The notes under the pieces are model-generated. The model saw only the letters and a program-made list of their open reading frames with translations. It ran no database searches and was not told the origin of the DNA. From Candidatus Hopanoidivoransaceae bacterium (GTDB lineage: Bacteria; Actinomycetota; Acidimicrobiia; Acidimicrobiales; Hopanoidiivorantaceae): DNA of 64,000 nucleotides. Of this stretch, positions 30,616 through 39,910 are shown piece after piece. The translations under genes and the position numbers were made by a program. Where the stretch lies: NCBI GenBank assembly GCA_965204495.1, contig OZ241989.1:828300-892299 (forward strand). The letters run 5' to 3'. Position 1 is the first letter of the stretch. Each line of letters starts with the position of its first letter.

Positions 30616-31833
30616 ATGAAGTCCAAACTAATTTTCACCTCAATTGCCGTAGTTGCCGCCCTCTCTCTTGTGGTAGTAGCCTGCGGCAGCGATGACGACG
30701 GAGACGACACTCTGAAGCTCGGCTACATTCTTCCCTCCACCGGTGATCTGGCATTTATCAACGAGCCGATGATCGGGGCAGTCGAGTTGGCTGTACAAGA
30801 AATCAACGATGCAGGCATTCAAAGCATTGAGATGATTTCAGGCGATTCAGGCACAAATGCTGATGTGGCCAACACCACAGCTGACAGCCTTTTGGCTGAC
30901 GGCGTCCAGGGCATAATCGGAGCGGCCAGCTCGGGTATCTCCCTCTCAATCATTGACAAAATAACAGGATCGGGCATTCCAATGATTTCCCCATCCAACA
31001 CCGCTCCAGACTTTACGACCTACAACGACGATGACCTCTATTTCCGCACTGTCACCTCCGACACACTGCAAGGCAGAGTTATAGCCGATCTTGTTCTAGA
31101 AGACGGTGCTCGCAACGCGATGATACTATACCGCAACGATGCGTACGGAGTGGCTCTAGCTGAAACAACAGAGCGTCAACTCATAGACATTGGCGTTGAG
31201 TCTGCTGGCCGGTTAGCTCTGGATCCACAAGGCTCCACTTTCACTTCTGAGGTTCAAGAAGTTGTGGCTGCAGGAGTGGACGCTGTGGTCTTGATTGCTT
31301 TTGACGAGGGAGGCCGTGTCATTGCGCAGATGATTGAAGCGGGCATAACCCCTGAAAATACTGCCATGTACACTCCAGACGGGTTGGCTTCCGACGACAC
31401 ATGGGAACTAGTCGATCCAGATGATCCATCTGTGGTGCAGGGTATGAGAGGCACAAGGCCTGCTCCCGCTGAAGGCGCAGAAAGCACTTTCAGCGATCGC
31501 TTCGCAGAGTTCAAGCCAGGCGTAGATGAGCTTTTCTCTTCTAATTCATACGATGCGGTCATAATCTATGCACTCGCTTCTCTAGCAGCAGACAGTACCG
31601 ACGCAGCTGACTTTGCTCCCATGATCAACGATGTGACGCGTGGTGGCACCAAGTGTTCGCTGTATGCGGATTGCGCACAGATGATTATGGATGGCACCGA
31701 CATTGATTACGACGGCGCTTCTGGCCCGCTTGATTTCGTGGACGCTGGAGAGCCTGGCATCGGAACTTACGAACTCTGGGAGTTTGACGCCGAAGGCAAA
31801 GTCCAGCCGTTCGCAACACGCACATTGTCCTGA
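30616..31833 (+). CDS. ABC substrate-binding lipoprotein (LivJ-like), paralog of the upstream gene
   Basis: VVAC lipobox, ISPSNT, LYFRTVTSD, IDYDGASGPLDF; SD AAAGGAA. Confidence 0.9.
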   Translation: MKSKLIFTSIAVVAALSLVVVACGSDDDGDDTLKLGYILPSTGDLAFINEPMIGAVELAVQEINDAGIQSIEMISGDSGTNADVANTTADSLLADGVQGIIGAASSGISLSIIDKITGSGIPMISPSNTAPDFTTYNDDDLYFRTVTSDTLQGRVIADLVLEDGARNAMILYRNDAYGVALAETTERQLIDIGVESAGRLALDPQGSTFTSEVQEVVAAGVDAVVLIAFDEGGRVIAQMIEAGITPENTAMYTPDGLASDDTWELVDPDDPSVVQGMRGTRPAPAEGAESTFSDRFAEFKPGVDELFSSNSYDAVIIYALASLAADSTDAADFAPMINDVTRGGTKCSLYADCAQMIMDGTDIDYDGASGPLDFVDAGEPGIGTYELWEFDAEGKVQPFATRTLS

Positions 31834-31934
31834 CCGACTGCTCGGCGCAGCAACCGCTTTCGGCATCTGCCAGGCACTGCTAGTACGCACTGCCTAGCAC
31901 GCACTGTCACCAAGCAGCCCAGAAAGCAAGCCGC

Positions 31935-33623
31935 ATGACCGCCGCCGACTATGTTCTACGCGGCGGTCTTGTGGCGGACGGCACAGGCTCGCAGCCACGC
32001 CGAGCCGATGTCGCCATAGCGGGCGATCGCATCTCGGCGATAAGCCCTGATCGCTCTGAGCTCGGCATCGGGGCTGGCACCCGTGAGATAGACGCTTCGG
32101 GGCATATTGTCGCCCCCGGCTTCATAGACATCCACACCCACTACGACGCGCAGGTCTTCTGGGATCCTGCGCTCACTCCTTCTAGCTACCACGGCGTCAC
32201 CAGCGTGATAGCAGGCAACTGCGGATTTTCCATCGCCCCTGTGCGCCCAGAGCATCACGATGTGATCACCCGCACCCTAGAAGGCGTGGAAGACATGAGC
32301 GCGGCCACCCTGCGAGCCGGAGTGCCCTGGGATTTTGAGACATTCGGCGACTACTTGGAGTCGGTTGAGCGACACGGCACAGCGTTGAACTTCGGGGCTT
32401 ATGTCGGCCACACTGCCTTGCGGCTTTATGCGATGGGCGACGACGCCTATGAGCGAGAAGCCACGGAAGACGAAGTTGCGAAAATGTGCGAGGTGCTGCT
32501 GGAATCTCTGCATGCCGGGGCTTGCGGCTTCGCCACCAGTTTCGCAGGCACTCACCGAGGCATAGACGGCAAGCCCATCCCCAGCCGTCTCGCCGCACGC
32601 GAAGAAATTGAAAGTCTCTTCCAAGCAGCAGCTTCCACGAAACAGGGGGTGATAGCTGTCGCCCCGGGCGAGCAAGTGAGCATCAAAGACTTGTACAGCC
32701 TGCAGCCCGAAGCTGGCATTCCTTTTACTTACACGGCGCTTTTGACTTCCCCGTCGGGAGGATGGCGCGACTTGATGGCGAGAAATCGGGACGGCTGGGA
32801 AGAAGGCGTGGAAGTCTGGCCGCAAGTTTCTCCCAGGCCGGGCACTTTTCAGATGACTATGGCGGAGCCTTTTGCTCTGAATCCCAACCCAGAGTTCGGC
32901 GCGCTCATCGGGCTTTCGGCAGACGAACGACTAGCGGCTTATGCCAGCTCAGACTGGCGAGACATAGCCCAAGAGGGCTTCAAGGAGCAGAAAATTCTGA
33001 AGCCTCGCTGGGAAGTCGTCACCATTGACGAAAGCGACACGCACCCTGAGCTCATCGGCCGCCCCGTCAAAGATGTAGCCGAGGAGCGAGGCTGTCGCCC
33101 GATTGATGTGATCTTGGACACCGCCATTGACGACAAGCTGGCCACCAGAGTTCGCACCGTCTTCGCCAACGACGACAAAAAAGGTGTTGCGGAATTGCTG
33201 TCGGAACCCAACTGCACTCTCGGTCTATCCGATGCCGGGGCGCATGTCGGGCAGCTTTGCGATGCTCCTCAAGCCACTGATTTCCTGGGTCGCTGGGTGA
33301 GAGACCAAGAGCTCATGCCGATTGAAACAGCCATACGAAAGCTCACCGGCACCCAAGCCGACATCTTCAACTTGGAAGGACGCGGCTATCTCAAGGAGGG
33401 CAACTTCGCCGATGTCGTGGTGTTCGACTTTGACACCATAGACCCAGGCCCCACAAGGCGAGTGCGCGATTTCCCCGCCGACGAGGAACGCCTGACAGCC
33501 GATGCCCCCACTGGCATCAGCCATGTTTTCGTTAATGGTGTTGAGATTTCAGGCGGCGGGGTTTCGGGGGGACAAAACGGCCATCGTCCGCCCGGGAAAC
33601 TGCTGAAGGCTTTGCCGAGATAA
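31935..33623 (+). CDS. N-acyl-D-amino-acid deacylase-family amidohydrolase
   Basis: APGFIDIHTHYDAQ, GVTSVIAGNCG, SDAGAH, ADVVVFD. Confidence 0.9.
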   Translation: MTAADYVLRGGLVADGTGSQPRRADVAIAGDRISAISPDRSELGIGAGTREIDASGHIVAPGFIDIHTHYDAQVFWDPALTPSSYHGVTSVIAGNCGFSIAPVRPEHHDVITRTLEGVEDMSAATLRAGVPWDFETFGDYLESVERHGTALNFGAYVGHTALRLYAMGDDAYEREATEDEVAKMCEVLLESLHAGACGFATSFAGTHRGIDGKPIPSRLAAREEIESLFQAAASTKQGVIAVAPGEQVSIKDLYSLQPEAGIPFTYTALLTSPSGGWRDLMARNRDGWEEGVEVWPQVSPRPGTFQMTMAEPFALNPNPEFGALIGLSADERLAAYASSDWRDIAQEGFKEQKILKPRWEVVTIDESDTHPELIGRPVKDVAEERGCRPIDVILDTAIDDKLATRVRTVFANDDKKGVAELLSEPNCTLGLSDAGAHVGQLCDAPQATDFLGRWVRDQELMPIETAIRKLTGTQADIFNLEGRGYLKEGNFADVVVFDFDTIDPGPTRRVRDFPADEERLTADAPTGISHVFVNGVEISGGGVSGGQNGHRPPGKLLKALPR

Positions 33624-33686
33624 AGCTCTCTGCTTGGCCTTTTGCGGTAACTCAGAGGCAGGTTTTTGAGAACTGGTGGCGGGTTT

Positions 33687-33714
33687 TTGCCAAAGCAAGG
33701 TATTCTTGTATAAT
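33687..33714 (+). promoter_or_regulatory. Promoter of the tRNA-Ser/Arg pair
   Basis: TTGCCA-16 bp-TATAAT immediately upstream of the tRNA. Confidence 0.6.
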
Positions 33715-33718
33715 CACT

Positions 33719-33810
33719 GGAGAGGTGGCCGAGTCCGGTTGAAGGCGCTCCCCTGCTAAGGGAGTAAGGGTCTAAAAAGCTCTTCGTGGGTTCAAATCCC
33801 ACCCTCTCCG
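33719..33810 (+). tRNA. tRNA-Ser(GCT)
   Basis: GGAGAGG/CCTCTCC acceptor stem, anticodon arm CTCCC-CTGCTAA-GGGAG, long variable arm, GGTTCAAATCC. Confidence 0.95.
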
Positions 33811-33830
33811 CAGATAAACTCAAAATACCT

Positions 33831-33907
<77 letters not shown>

Positions 33908-33908
33908 A

Positions 33909-34048
33909 CCCTGCCCCGACCACCCCCATCCCTGCCCCCACCCGCCACCCCTCTGCTGCAGGATTGGGGTGACTTTTAGTTTGAACTAAGAAAGAGAACC
34001 CCTGCCCCGACCGCCGCCCCCCTGCTGCAGGATTGGGGTGGCTTTTAG
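33909..34048. repeat. Imperfect direct repeat downstream of tRNA-Arg
   Basis: ccctgccccgacc...ctgctgcaggattggggtg(a/g)cttttag present twice. Confidence 0.75.
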
Positions 34049-34051
34049 CGA

Positions 34052-34987
34052 TTACTGTGAAAGAGCATCACTGCCCCGACTGTCGTTTACCAGCACAACT
34101 ACTTCTTGACGCTCCTCTGGGGAGAGCACCCAGCCTGTGGCTGCTGCGTTCATGGCCACTTGTTCGGGTTTGGTCGCTCCTGCTATGACGGTTGCCACTT
34201 GCGGATGCGATGTTAGCCACGACATCGCCAACTCCAATAGGGTGCGCCCGTGGCTTTGGGCGTAATCGCTGAGGCGTTGGGCCGATGCTAGGTTTGCCTC
34301 GTTCAGAAACATGTCGCGCATCTCCCCTCCCCACATCGCCAAGCGAGTGCCTTCGGGGGCTTCGGTGGAGGTGTATTTACCTGTGAGCAGTCCCGACTCC
34401 AGCGGAAAATAAGGCACGAAAGCCACGCCTTCGCTCTCGCACACGGGCAGCACATCGGTTTCAGGATCGCGGGTGAGAATGCTGTAGTGGTTTTGCACCG
34501 ATTTGAACTTGCCGCCCGCCGAAGCTAGCTGTTCGCCTGTGAAGTTGGAGCAGCCGATCTCTCGCACCTTGCCTTCCGCTTGGAGATCTTCAAGAGTTGC
34601 CAAAGTGTCTTCCAACGGGGTTTGCTCATCGGGCAGATGCATCTGAAAATGGTCTACGCAGTCGGTGCCCAGTCGCTGCAGGCTGGCCTCCAGCGACGAG
34701 CGCACCCACTCTGGCGCACCGCCTCGGCCGCCATCAGGCTTGGATGCCGAGTGTCCGAATTTCGTGGCGAGGATCACATCGTCTCGGTTGCTGCCCAAAG
34801 CATTGCCTAGGTATTCTTCAGAGCTGAAATTCCCGTAGAAGTCTGCTGTGTCGAAATAGTTGATGCCAGCGTCTAGGGCTGCGTCTACGACTAGCTGCGT
34901 TTGGCTTGGATCAATGCTCATGCCGAAGTTGTTGCAGCCGAGCCCCACCACTGATACGGATAGCTCGCCTATCTGTCTGTGCTCCAT
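34052..34987 (-). CDS. Aldo/keto reductase
   Basis: VGLGCNNFG, FDTADFYG, LATKFG, GKVREIGCSN, PYFPLESGLLTGKY. Confidence 0.93.
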   Translation of the reverse strand: MEHRQIGELSVSVVGLGCNNFGMSIDPSQTQLVVDAALDAGINYFDTADFYGNFSSEEYLGNALGSNRDDVILATKFGHSASKPDGGRGGAPEWVRSSLEASLQRLGTDCVDHFQMHLPDEQTPLEDTLATLEDLQAEGKVREIGCSNFTGEQLASAGGKFKSVQNHYSILTRDPETDVLPVCESEGVAFVPYFPLESGLLTGKYTSTEAPEGTRLAMWGGEMRDMFLNEANLASAQRLSDYAQSHGRTLLELAMSWLTSHPQVATVIAGATKPEQVAMNAAATGWVLSPEERQEVVVLVNDSRGSDALSQ

Positions 34988-35100
34988 GGATTTGCCTTTC
35001 TTTTAGTGTTGAATTGCAATGCTGAATTTGGGATTTTGGAAGATCCGCTTGGTTTCTCTGTTTAGCTGTCGGCTTGGCTTCTGTTCAGCTTCCCTTCTGT

Positions 35101-35910
35101 TCAGCTTCTCGGCGCGATGCCTTGTTTCTCTGAGCCGCTTAGCAGCTCCAAAAGCTCGTCGTGGACTGCTCCGTTGGTAGCCAAGACGGAAGGGCAGTTG
35201 GCCACATCTATTTCGCTGCCAGCCCACGAAGTTATGCGACCTCCAGCTTCTGGGATTATTACAGCCAGCGGGGCCACATCCCAAGGGCACATGGTGTCGT
35301 CCAGCATGGCAGGGATTTTGCCGGTTGCCACCAGAAAGTATCCGTAGGCATCGCCCCAAGTTCTGAGCACATAAGGGCTTTGCGCCAAGCGAAGCCTTGC
35401 TTCTTGCGACAGATACTCCATGCCGCTCATGCACACCGCTTTGGATTCCGTGCCGCCCATGACCGTGCATTTCCCGCCGTTGTGAAAGCAGCCTCTGCCT
35501 CTGGCCGCTGCCACTGTCTCGCCTAGAGCAGGAAGGGCGATGACTCCGATGGCGGGGCCTTGCTCATCGCACAATGCCAAAAGCGTGGCATACAGCGGCA
35601 CGCCGTGAGCAAAAGACTTGGTGCCGTCAATCGGGTCTATATACCAAGTGCGCCCGCTTGTGCCAGAGTGATCATCGCGCTCTTCGCCTACGATGGCGTC
35701 TTCTGGCCAGCGAGAGGATATTTGGCTGCGGAGAAAATCTTCCACGGCTCGGTCGGCCTCGGTTACTGGCGATCCGTCAGGCTTTTCTTCCACTTCCAAG
35801 CCGGAGCTTTGGAACCACCTCAAGGTGATTTCGGAAGCTTGCTCGGCGAGCTGCACAGCTTCGGCAAAAAGCTCTTCGGAGACTGCCTCTGTCATCGCCG
35901 CTTCAGCCAA
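35101..35910 (-). CDS. Inositol-monophosphatase family, histidinol-phosphatase HisN-like
   Basis: KPDGSPVTEAD, IVGEE, WYIDPIDGTKSF, WDVAPL..IIPEAGG. Confidence 0.85.
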   Translation of the reverse strand: MAEAAMTEAVSEELFAEAVQLAEQASEITLRWFQSSGLEVEEKPDGSPVTEADRAVEDFLRSQISSRWPEDAIVGEERDDHSGTSGRTWYIDPIDGTKSFAHGVPLYATLLALCDEQGPAIGVIALPALGETVAAARGRGCFHNGGKCTVMGGTESKAVCMSGMEYLSQEARLRLAQSPYVLRTWGDAYGYFLVATGKIPAMLDDTMCPWDVAPLAVIIPEAGGRITSWAGSEIDVANCPSVLATNGAVHDELLELLSGSEKQGIAPRS

Positions 35911-37135
35911 ACACCCCTGCCGAGCGCAGCTCGTCCATCTTGGATTCGTCGTAGTTCAGCACGCTGGTCAGAACCTCGTCTGTATCGCGCCCCACAGTCG
36001 GCGCTCTCTTGGGGGTAGGCATCTCTTCGCCCACGAGTTTCAGCGGCAGAGGCAGCTGGTCGGCACCCAGTTCGCTCTCGGGCAGCCAGGGCATCCGAGC
36101 TTGGAACTGCGGATCGTCCACCACATTGTGAGGGTTGTTGACGGGGGCGATCGGAGTGTTCACCCTGTCGCCGAATTCCAGCCATTCCACGGAGCTGCGC
36201 TTGCGGAATTCGTCTCGCAGAATCTCTTGCAGCTCTGTGTTGTTGCGGGCGTGGTCGGCGTAGGTGCTGCCGGGCCAGCGTTCGAACAAGTCCATCCGCC
36301 CGATGCCTTCGCAGAAGTTGCGCCAGAAAGCCTGCTCGGAAGCCATGAACAGCACATGCCCGTCAGACGACTCGTAAATCTGATAGCGCACCCCGCCCCA
36401 CATGCCAGCCAGCCCGGGCGGGCGGCGTTCATAGTTGTCGGAAGGGTTGCCTGTTACTTCATCTTCTGGGCGTTTGTATGCCTGATAGGTTTCAATGCGA
36501 TACCAGTCGTTGTAGGCGGCGGCGTCCGACTGGGCGATTTCCATGCGGGCCGGCTCGCCTGTGGCGCGGGCGCGAACTATGCCGGCCAGCAGCCCGAGCG
36601 CACCGATCATCGGCCCCACATTTATGCCCACATTCAGCCCGTCAGGGGGGATACGGCAGAAGTCTTCTTCGTCTGTTACGGGGTTGAGCAGGCCTGCCCA
36701 GGTGTCGTAGGCTATGCCGTGCGAGGGCATGTCTTTATAGGGGCCGGTCATGCCGTAGCCCGAGATCGTGCAGAAGACGATGCGGGGATTCACTTCGCAG
36801 AGCTTTTCAAATCCCAAACCCAGCCGCTCCAACGCCCCTGGGCGCATGGCTTCCACCACGGCATCGGCATTGCGCACCAGACCCAGATACACATCGGTGC
36901 CGCCCGGCTTCTTGAGGTCGAGCACGATGCTCTTCTTGCCCCGATGGGTGTGAAGATGCAGCAGCGACTCGTCTCCGATGATGGGCCAAGTCATCTGCCG
37001 GATATAGTCGCCCGCCGGCGTCTCCACCTTGATGACATCAGCCCCCATATCCGACAAAAATGTGCTGAGCAACCCCGGCCCCAGCAGCGAGCTCTCAATA
37101 ACCCGAACAGACGACAACAACGGCGATGACGACAT
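35903..37135 (-). CDS. Family III CoA-transferase (CaiB/BaiF)
   Basis: DMGADVIKVETPAGD, RGKKSIVLDLK, RPGALERLGLG, ISGYGMTGPY. Confidence 0.92.
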   Translation of the reverse strand: MSSSPLLSSVRVIESSLLGPGLLSTFLSDMGADVIKVETPAGDYIRQMTWPIIGDESLLHLHTHRGKKSIVLDLKKPGGTDVYLGLVRNADAVVEAMRPGALERLGLGFEKLCEVNPRIVFCTISGYGMTGPYKDMPSHGIAYDTWAGLLNPVTDEEDFCRIPPDGLNVGINVGPMIGALGLLAGIVRARATGEPARMEIAQSDAAAYNDWYRIETYQAYKRPEDEVTGNPSDNYERRPPGLAGMWGGVRYQIYESSDGHVLFMASEQAFWRNFCEGIGRMDLFERWPGSTYADHARNNTELQEILRDEFRKRSSVEWLEFGDRVNTPIAPVNNPHNVVDDPQFQARMPWLPESELGADQLPLPLKLVGEEMPTPKRAPTVGRDTDEVLTSVLNYDESKMDELRSAGVFG

Positions 37136-37268
37136 AATCTTTCCCTTCAGACGGCGATGGCTTTCTCAAAAGATACTACTCTTTTGAGCGAAGTCTCGTT
37201 TAGACGAAGTTTCGTATTTGCCGCCAAGAGGCACTCCGCTTGCCTCTGAGAAAGCGTAAATTGAAATC

Positions 37269-38792
37269 ATGGAAACTGCTGAGAGGCTTGTCGGGGCTGA
37301 AGGGCTGGTGGGGGTTGAAGAGCTTGTGGGGGTTGAAGAGTTGGTGGGTGAGTTGCGGGGGGTGGTGGGGGATGAGCGGGTGCGGGTGGATTTGTTGGAG
37401 AGGGATCTTTACTTGAAGGACGCTTCTATTTATGGGGGCGAGCGGCCTGCTGCTGTTTGTTTTCCTCGGACTACTGAAGAAGTGGCGGGGGTTGTGGGGG
37501 TGTGTGCGGCGCATGGGTGGCCGTTTGTGGCTCGGGGGTCGGGGACGGGTTTGGCGGGAGGGGCTACGCCGATTGGGAATCCTGTGGTCATTGCCACTTC
37601 CAAGATGGACGAGATCATCTCGGTGGATGCGGAGTCTCGGATTGCTTGGGTGCAGCCGGGGGTCTTGAATCTTGATCTCACTAATCGTGCCGCCCCGTTA
37701 GGGCTTCACTATGCGCCTGATCCGTCTAGCCAGCAAGTCTGCTCCATCGGGGGGAATGTGGCAAACAACTCTGGCGGGCCGCACTGCTTGGCCTATGGGG
37801 TGACCTCTGCGCATGTGGTGGCGATGAAGGTGGTTCTGCCAGACGGCAGCGTGGCAACCTTGGGCGATGAAAGCCCCGAGCCTGAGGGCTACGACCTGCG
37901 GGGAGTATTCGTGGGCAGCGAAGGGACACTCGGCATCGCCACAGAAATAGCAGTGCGCCTCACTCCCAACCCGCCTTCTGTGCGGACGATGCTGCTGGTG
38001 TTTGACGCGGTTTCAGACGGAGCGGCGACCGTCTCTGGCATCATTGCCGCCGGGCTGGTGCCTTCGGCTATGGAGATGATGGATCGGGCAGCGGTGCAAG
38101 TGGTGGAGGCATTCACACACGCAGGCTTGCCCACCGATGCAGCAGCTGTGCTGCTAGTGGAGATTGACGGACTGGGCGGGGCGTCGGCCAGCGGGCTAGC
38201 CGCCAGCGAAGAGACCATCCGAGAGGTGGCCTCTGCCAACAACGCCCGTGAGGTCAAGGTTGCCGCTACGCCTGAAGAGCGGGAGCTGTTTTGGAAAGCA
38301 CGAAAGTCGGCATTCGGGGCCACCTCACGACTTGCGCCCGACTATTACCTTCACGACACCGTTGTTCCCCGAACCAAGCTCGTGGAAGTGCTGGAGAAGG
38401 TCTATGAGATCGTAGAACGCTATGACCTGCAGGTCATAAATGTGCTGCACGCCGGCGACGGCAATCTGCACCCTCTGCTGTCGTTCGACAGCCGAGAAGA
38501 AGGCGTGCTAGAGCGAGTGGCGAAAGCAGCAGAGGAAATAATGCAAGCCTCATTGGACGCAGGCGGAGTGCTCACCGGCGAGCACGGCATCGGCATAGAG
38601 AAGCGAGATTTCATGCCGAGGATGTTCTCCGAGGCCGACTTAGCAGCGCAAGACACTCTGCGGGCATGTTTCGACCCTGCATCGCTAGCAAACCCCAGCA
38701 AGATCATCCCTGCAGGGTCGCGCTGCGGAGATTTCGCTCTGGCATACATGGCGAAAGCGGGGAAGCCGCTACCAGAGGAGGTTTGGGTGTGA
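37269..38792 (+). CDS. glcD: Glycolate oxidase FAD subunit GlcD-like
   Basis: RGSGTGLAGG, APDPSS, GGNVANNSGGPHCL.YG, GSEGTLG, HAGDGNLHP, TGEHGIG. Confidence 0.9.
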   Translation: METAERLVGAEGLVGVEELVGVEELVGELRGVVGDERVRVDLLERDLYLKDASIYGGERPAAVCFPRTTEEVAGVVGVCAAHGWPFVARGSGTGLAGGATPIGNPVVIATSKMDEIISVDAESRIAWVQPGVLNLDLTNRAAPLGLHYAPDPSSQQVCSIGGNVANNSGGPHCLAYGVTSAHVVAMKVVLPDGSVATLGDESPEPEGYDLRGVFVGSEGTLGIATEIAVRLTPNPPSVRTMLLVFDAVSDGAATVSGIIAAGLVPSAMEMMDRAAVQVVEAFTHAGLPTDAAAVLLVEIDGLGGASASGLAASEETIREVASANNAREVKVAATPEERELFWKARKSAFGATSRLAPDYYLHDTVVPRTKLVEVLEKVYEIVERYDLQVINVLHAGDGNLHPLLSFDSREEGVLERVAKAAEEIMQASLDAGGVLTGEHGIGIEKRDFMPRMFSEADLAAQDTLRACFDPASLANPSKIIPAGSRCGDFALAYMAKAGKPLPEEVWV

Positions 38793-39874
38793 GTGCTGCA
38801 GGGTTGAGAAGCACAGATTTGAGCAGCACAAGACTTGGCAGTGCTGGGCTGGGAAGTACTGATCTTGGCGGCACTGTAGTTGACGGCATTGAGATTAGCG
38901 TCTCTGGTCTTTTGGAAAACTTTTCTGCCGAGGTAGGCAGCGAAGACCCCGTAACAGTGAGAGGCGGTGGCACGAAATGGGAAGTCGGAGGGTTGCCGAG
39001 TGGGGATGCCCGCGAGGTCAAAGCGCCTTCGGGGGTATGGTCGTTTGCACCTGCCGATATGGTGGTGCGCTGCGGTGCAGGCACGACTGTGACGGAACTA
39101 AATGAGGAAATCGGGCGTGCAGGGCAGATGCTGCCGCTTGACCCGCTTTGTCCGAAAGAAGCCACGGTCGGAGGGGTGCTTGCTGTAGGACGAAGCGGAC
39201 ATCGCAGACTGCGCTACGGGCCTATCCGTGATCTGCTGCTTCAAGTGGTGTTTGTGAACAGCCTCGGACAGCTCATCCGAAGCGGTGGACCCACAGTCAA
39301 AAATGTGAGCGGTTTTGACCTCTGCAAGCTGATGGTGGGATCGCTCGGAACTCTGGGCTTCATCTCAGAGGTGATTTTGCGCTGCCAGCCAGTGCCAGAG
39401 ACGAGCCAGTGGTTCGCAGGCGAAGCAAGCACTCCTGACATCCCCGCCAAGCTGCTGGCAGAGTTGTGGCAGCCGTCTTCAATTCTCTGGAACGGCGAAC
39501 GAGTTTGGGTACTGCTGGAAGGCCACCCCAGCGATGTAGCAAACCAAGCTGCCTCGCCTGCTGCCAAAGCTGCGGGTTTGAGAGAATGCGATGAGCCGCC
39601 TTTGCCGACCGAAACTTTACTTAGGGGCGACAAAAACAACCAGCGCATATCATTGCCGCCTTCCACTCTGAAGCACTTGCCAAAGCATTTTCCATCAGAC
39701 TCGTTTCTCGCTGAGATAGGTGTCGGCATCGTTCATCTCCATCCCGACCAGCAAGTTCCCGCCGACTTGCTCCCCCAACCCGACCAACGCTCTCTCGCTC
39801 TGCAGCGTGAAATCAAAGCTCGCTTTGACCCCACAGGCAGAATGAATCCCGGTCGCAGCACTTGGGCAGACTAG
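38789..39874 (+). CDS. glcE: Glycolate oxidase subunit GlcE-like
   Basis: ATVGGVLA, GG.TVKNVSGFDLCKL.VGSLGTLG, FDPTGRMNPGR; GTGA overlap with glcD. Confidence 0.87.
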   Translation: MSAAGLRSTDLSSTRLGSAGLGSTDLGGTVVDGIEISVSGLLENFSAEVGSEDPVTVRGGGTKWEVGGLPSGDAREVKAPSGVWSFAPADMVVRCGAGTTVTELNEEIGRAGQMLPLDPLCPKEATVGGVLAVGRSGHRRLRYGPIRDLLLQVVFVNSLGQLIRSGGPTVKNVSGFDLCKLMVGSLGTLGFISEVILRCQPVPETSQWFAGEASTPDIPAKLLAELWQPSSILWNGERVWVLLEGHPSDVANQAASPAAKAAGLRECDEPPLPTETLLRGDKNNQRISLPPSTLKHLPKHFPSDSFLAEIGVGIVHLHPDQQVPADLLPQPDQRSLALQREIKARFDPTGRMNPGRSTWAD

Positions 39875-39910
39875 GCCCCTACCGCTTTAACTTTTTAAGA
39901 AGACACCGAC

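Noticed and set aside
35693-37129. Long antisense ORFs (also 9079-9981, 43748-44797, 56148-57377, 12642-13418)
   Set aside because: Mirror frames of well-identified genes in high-GC DNA, with no motifs of their own.
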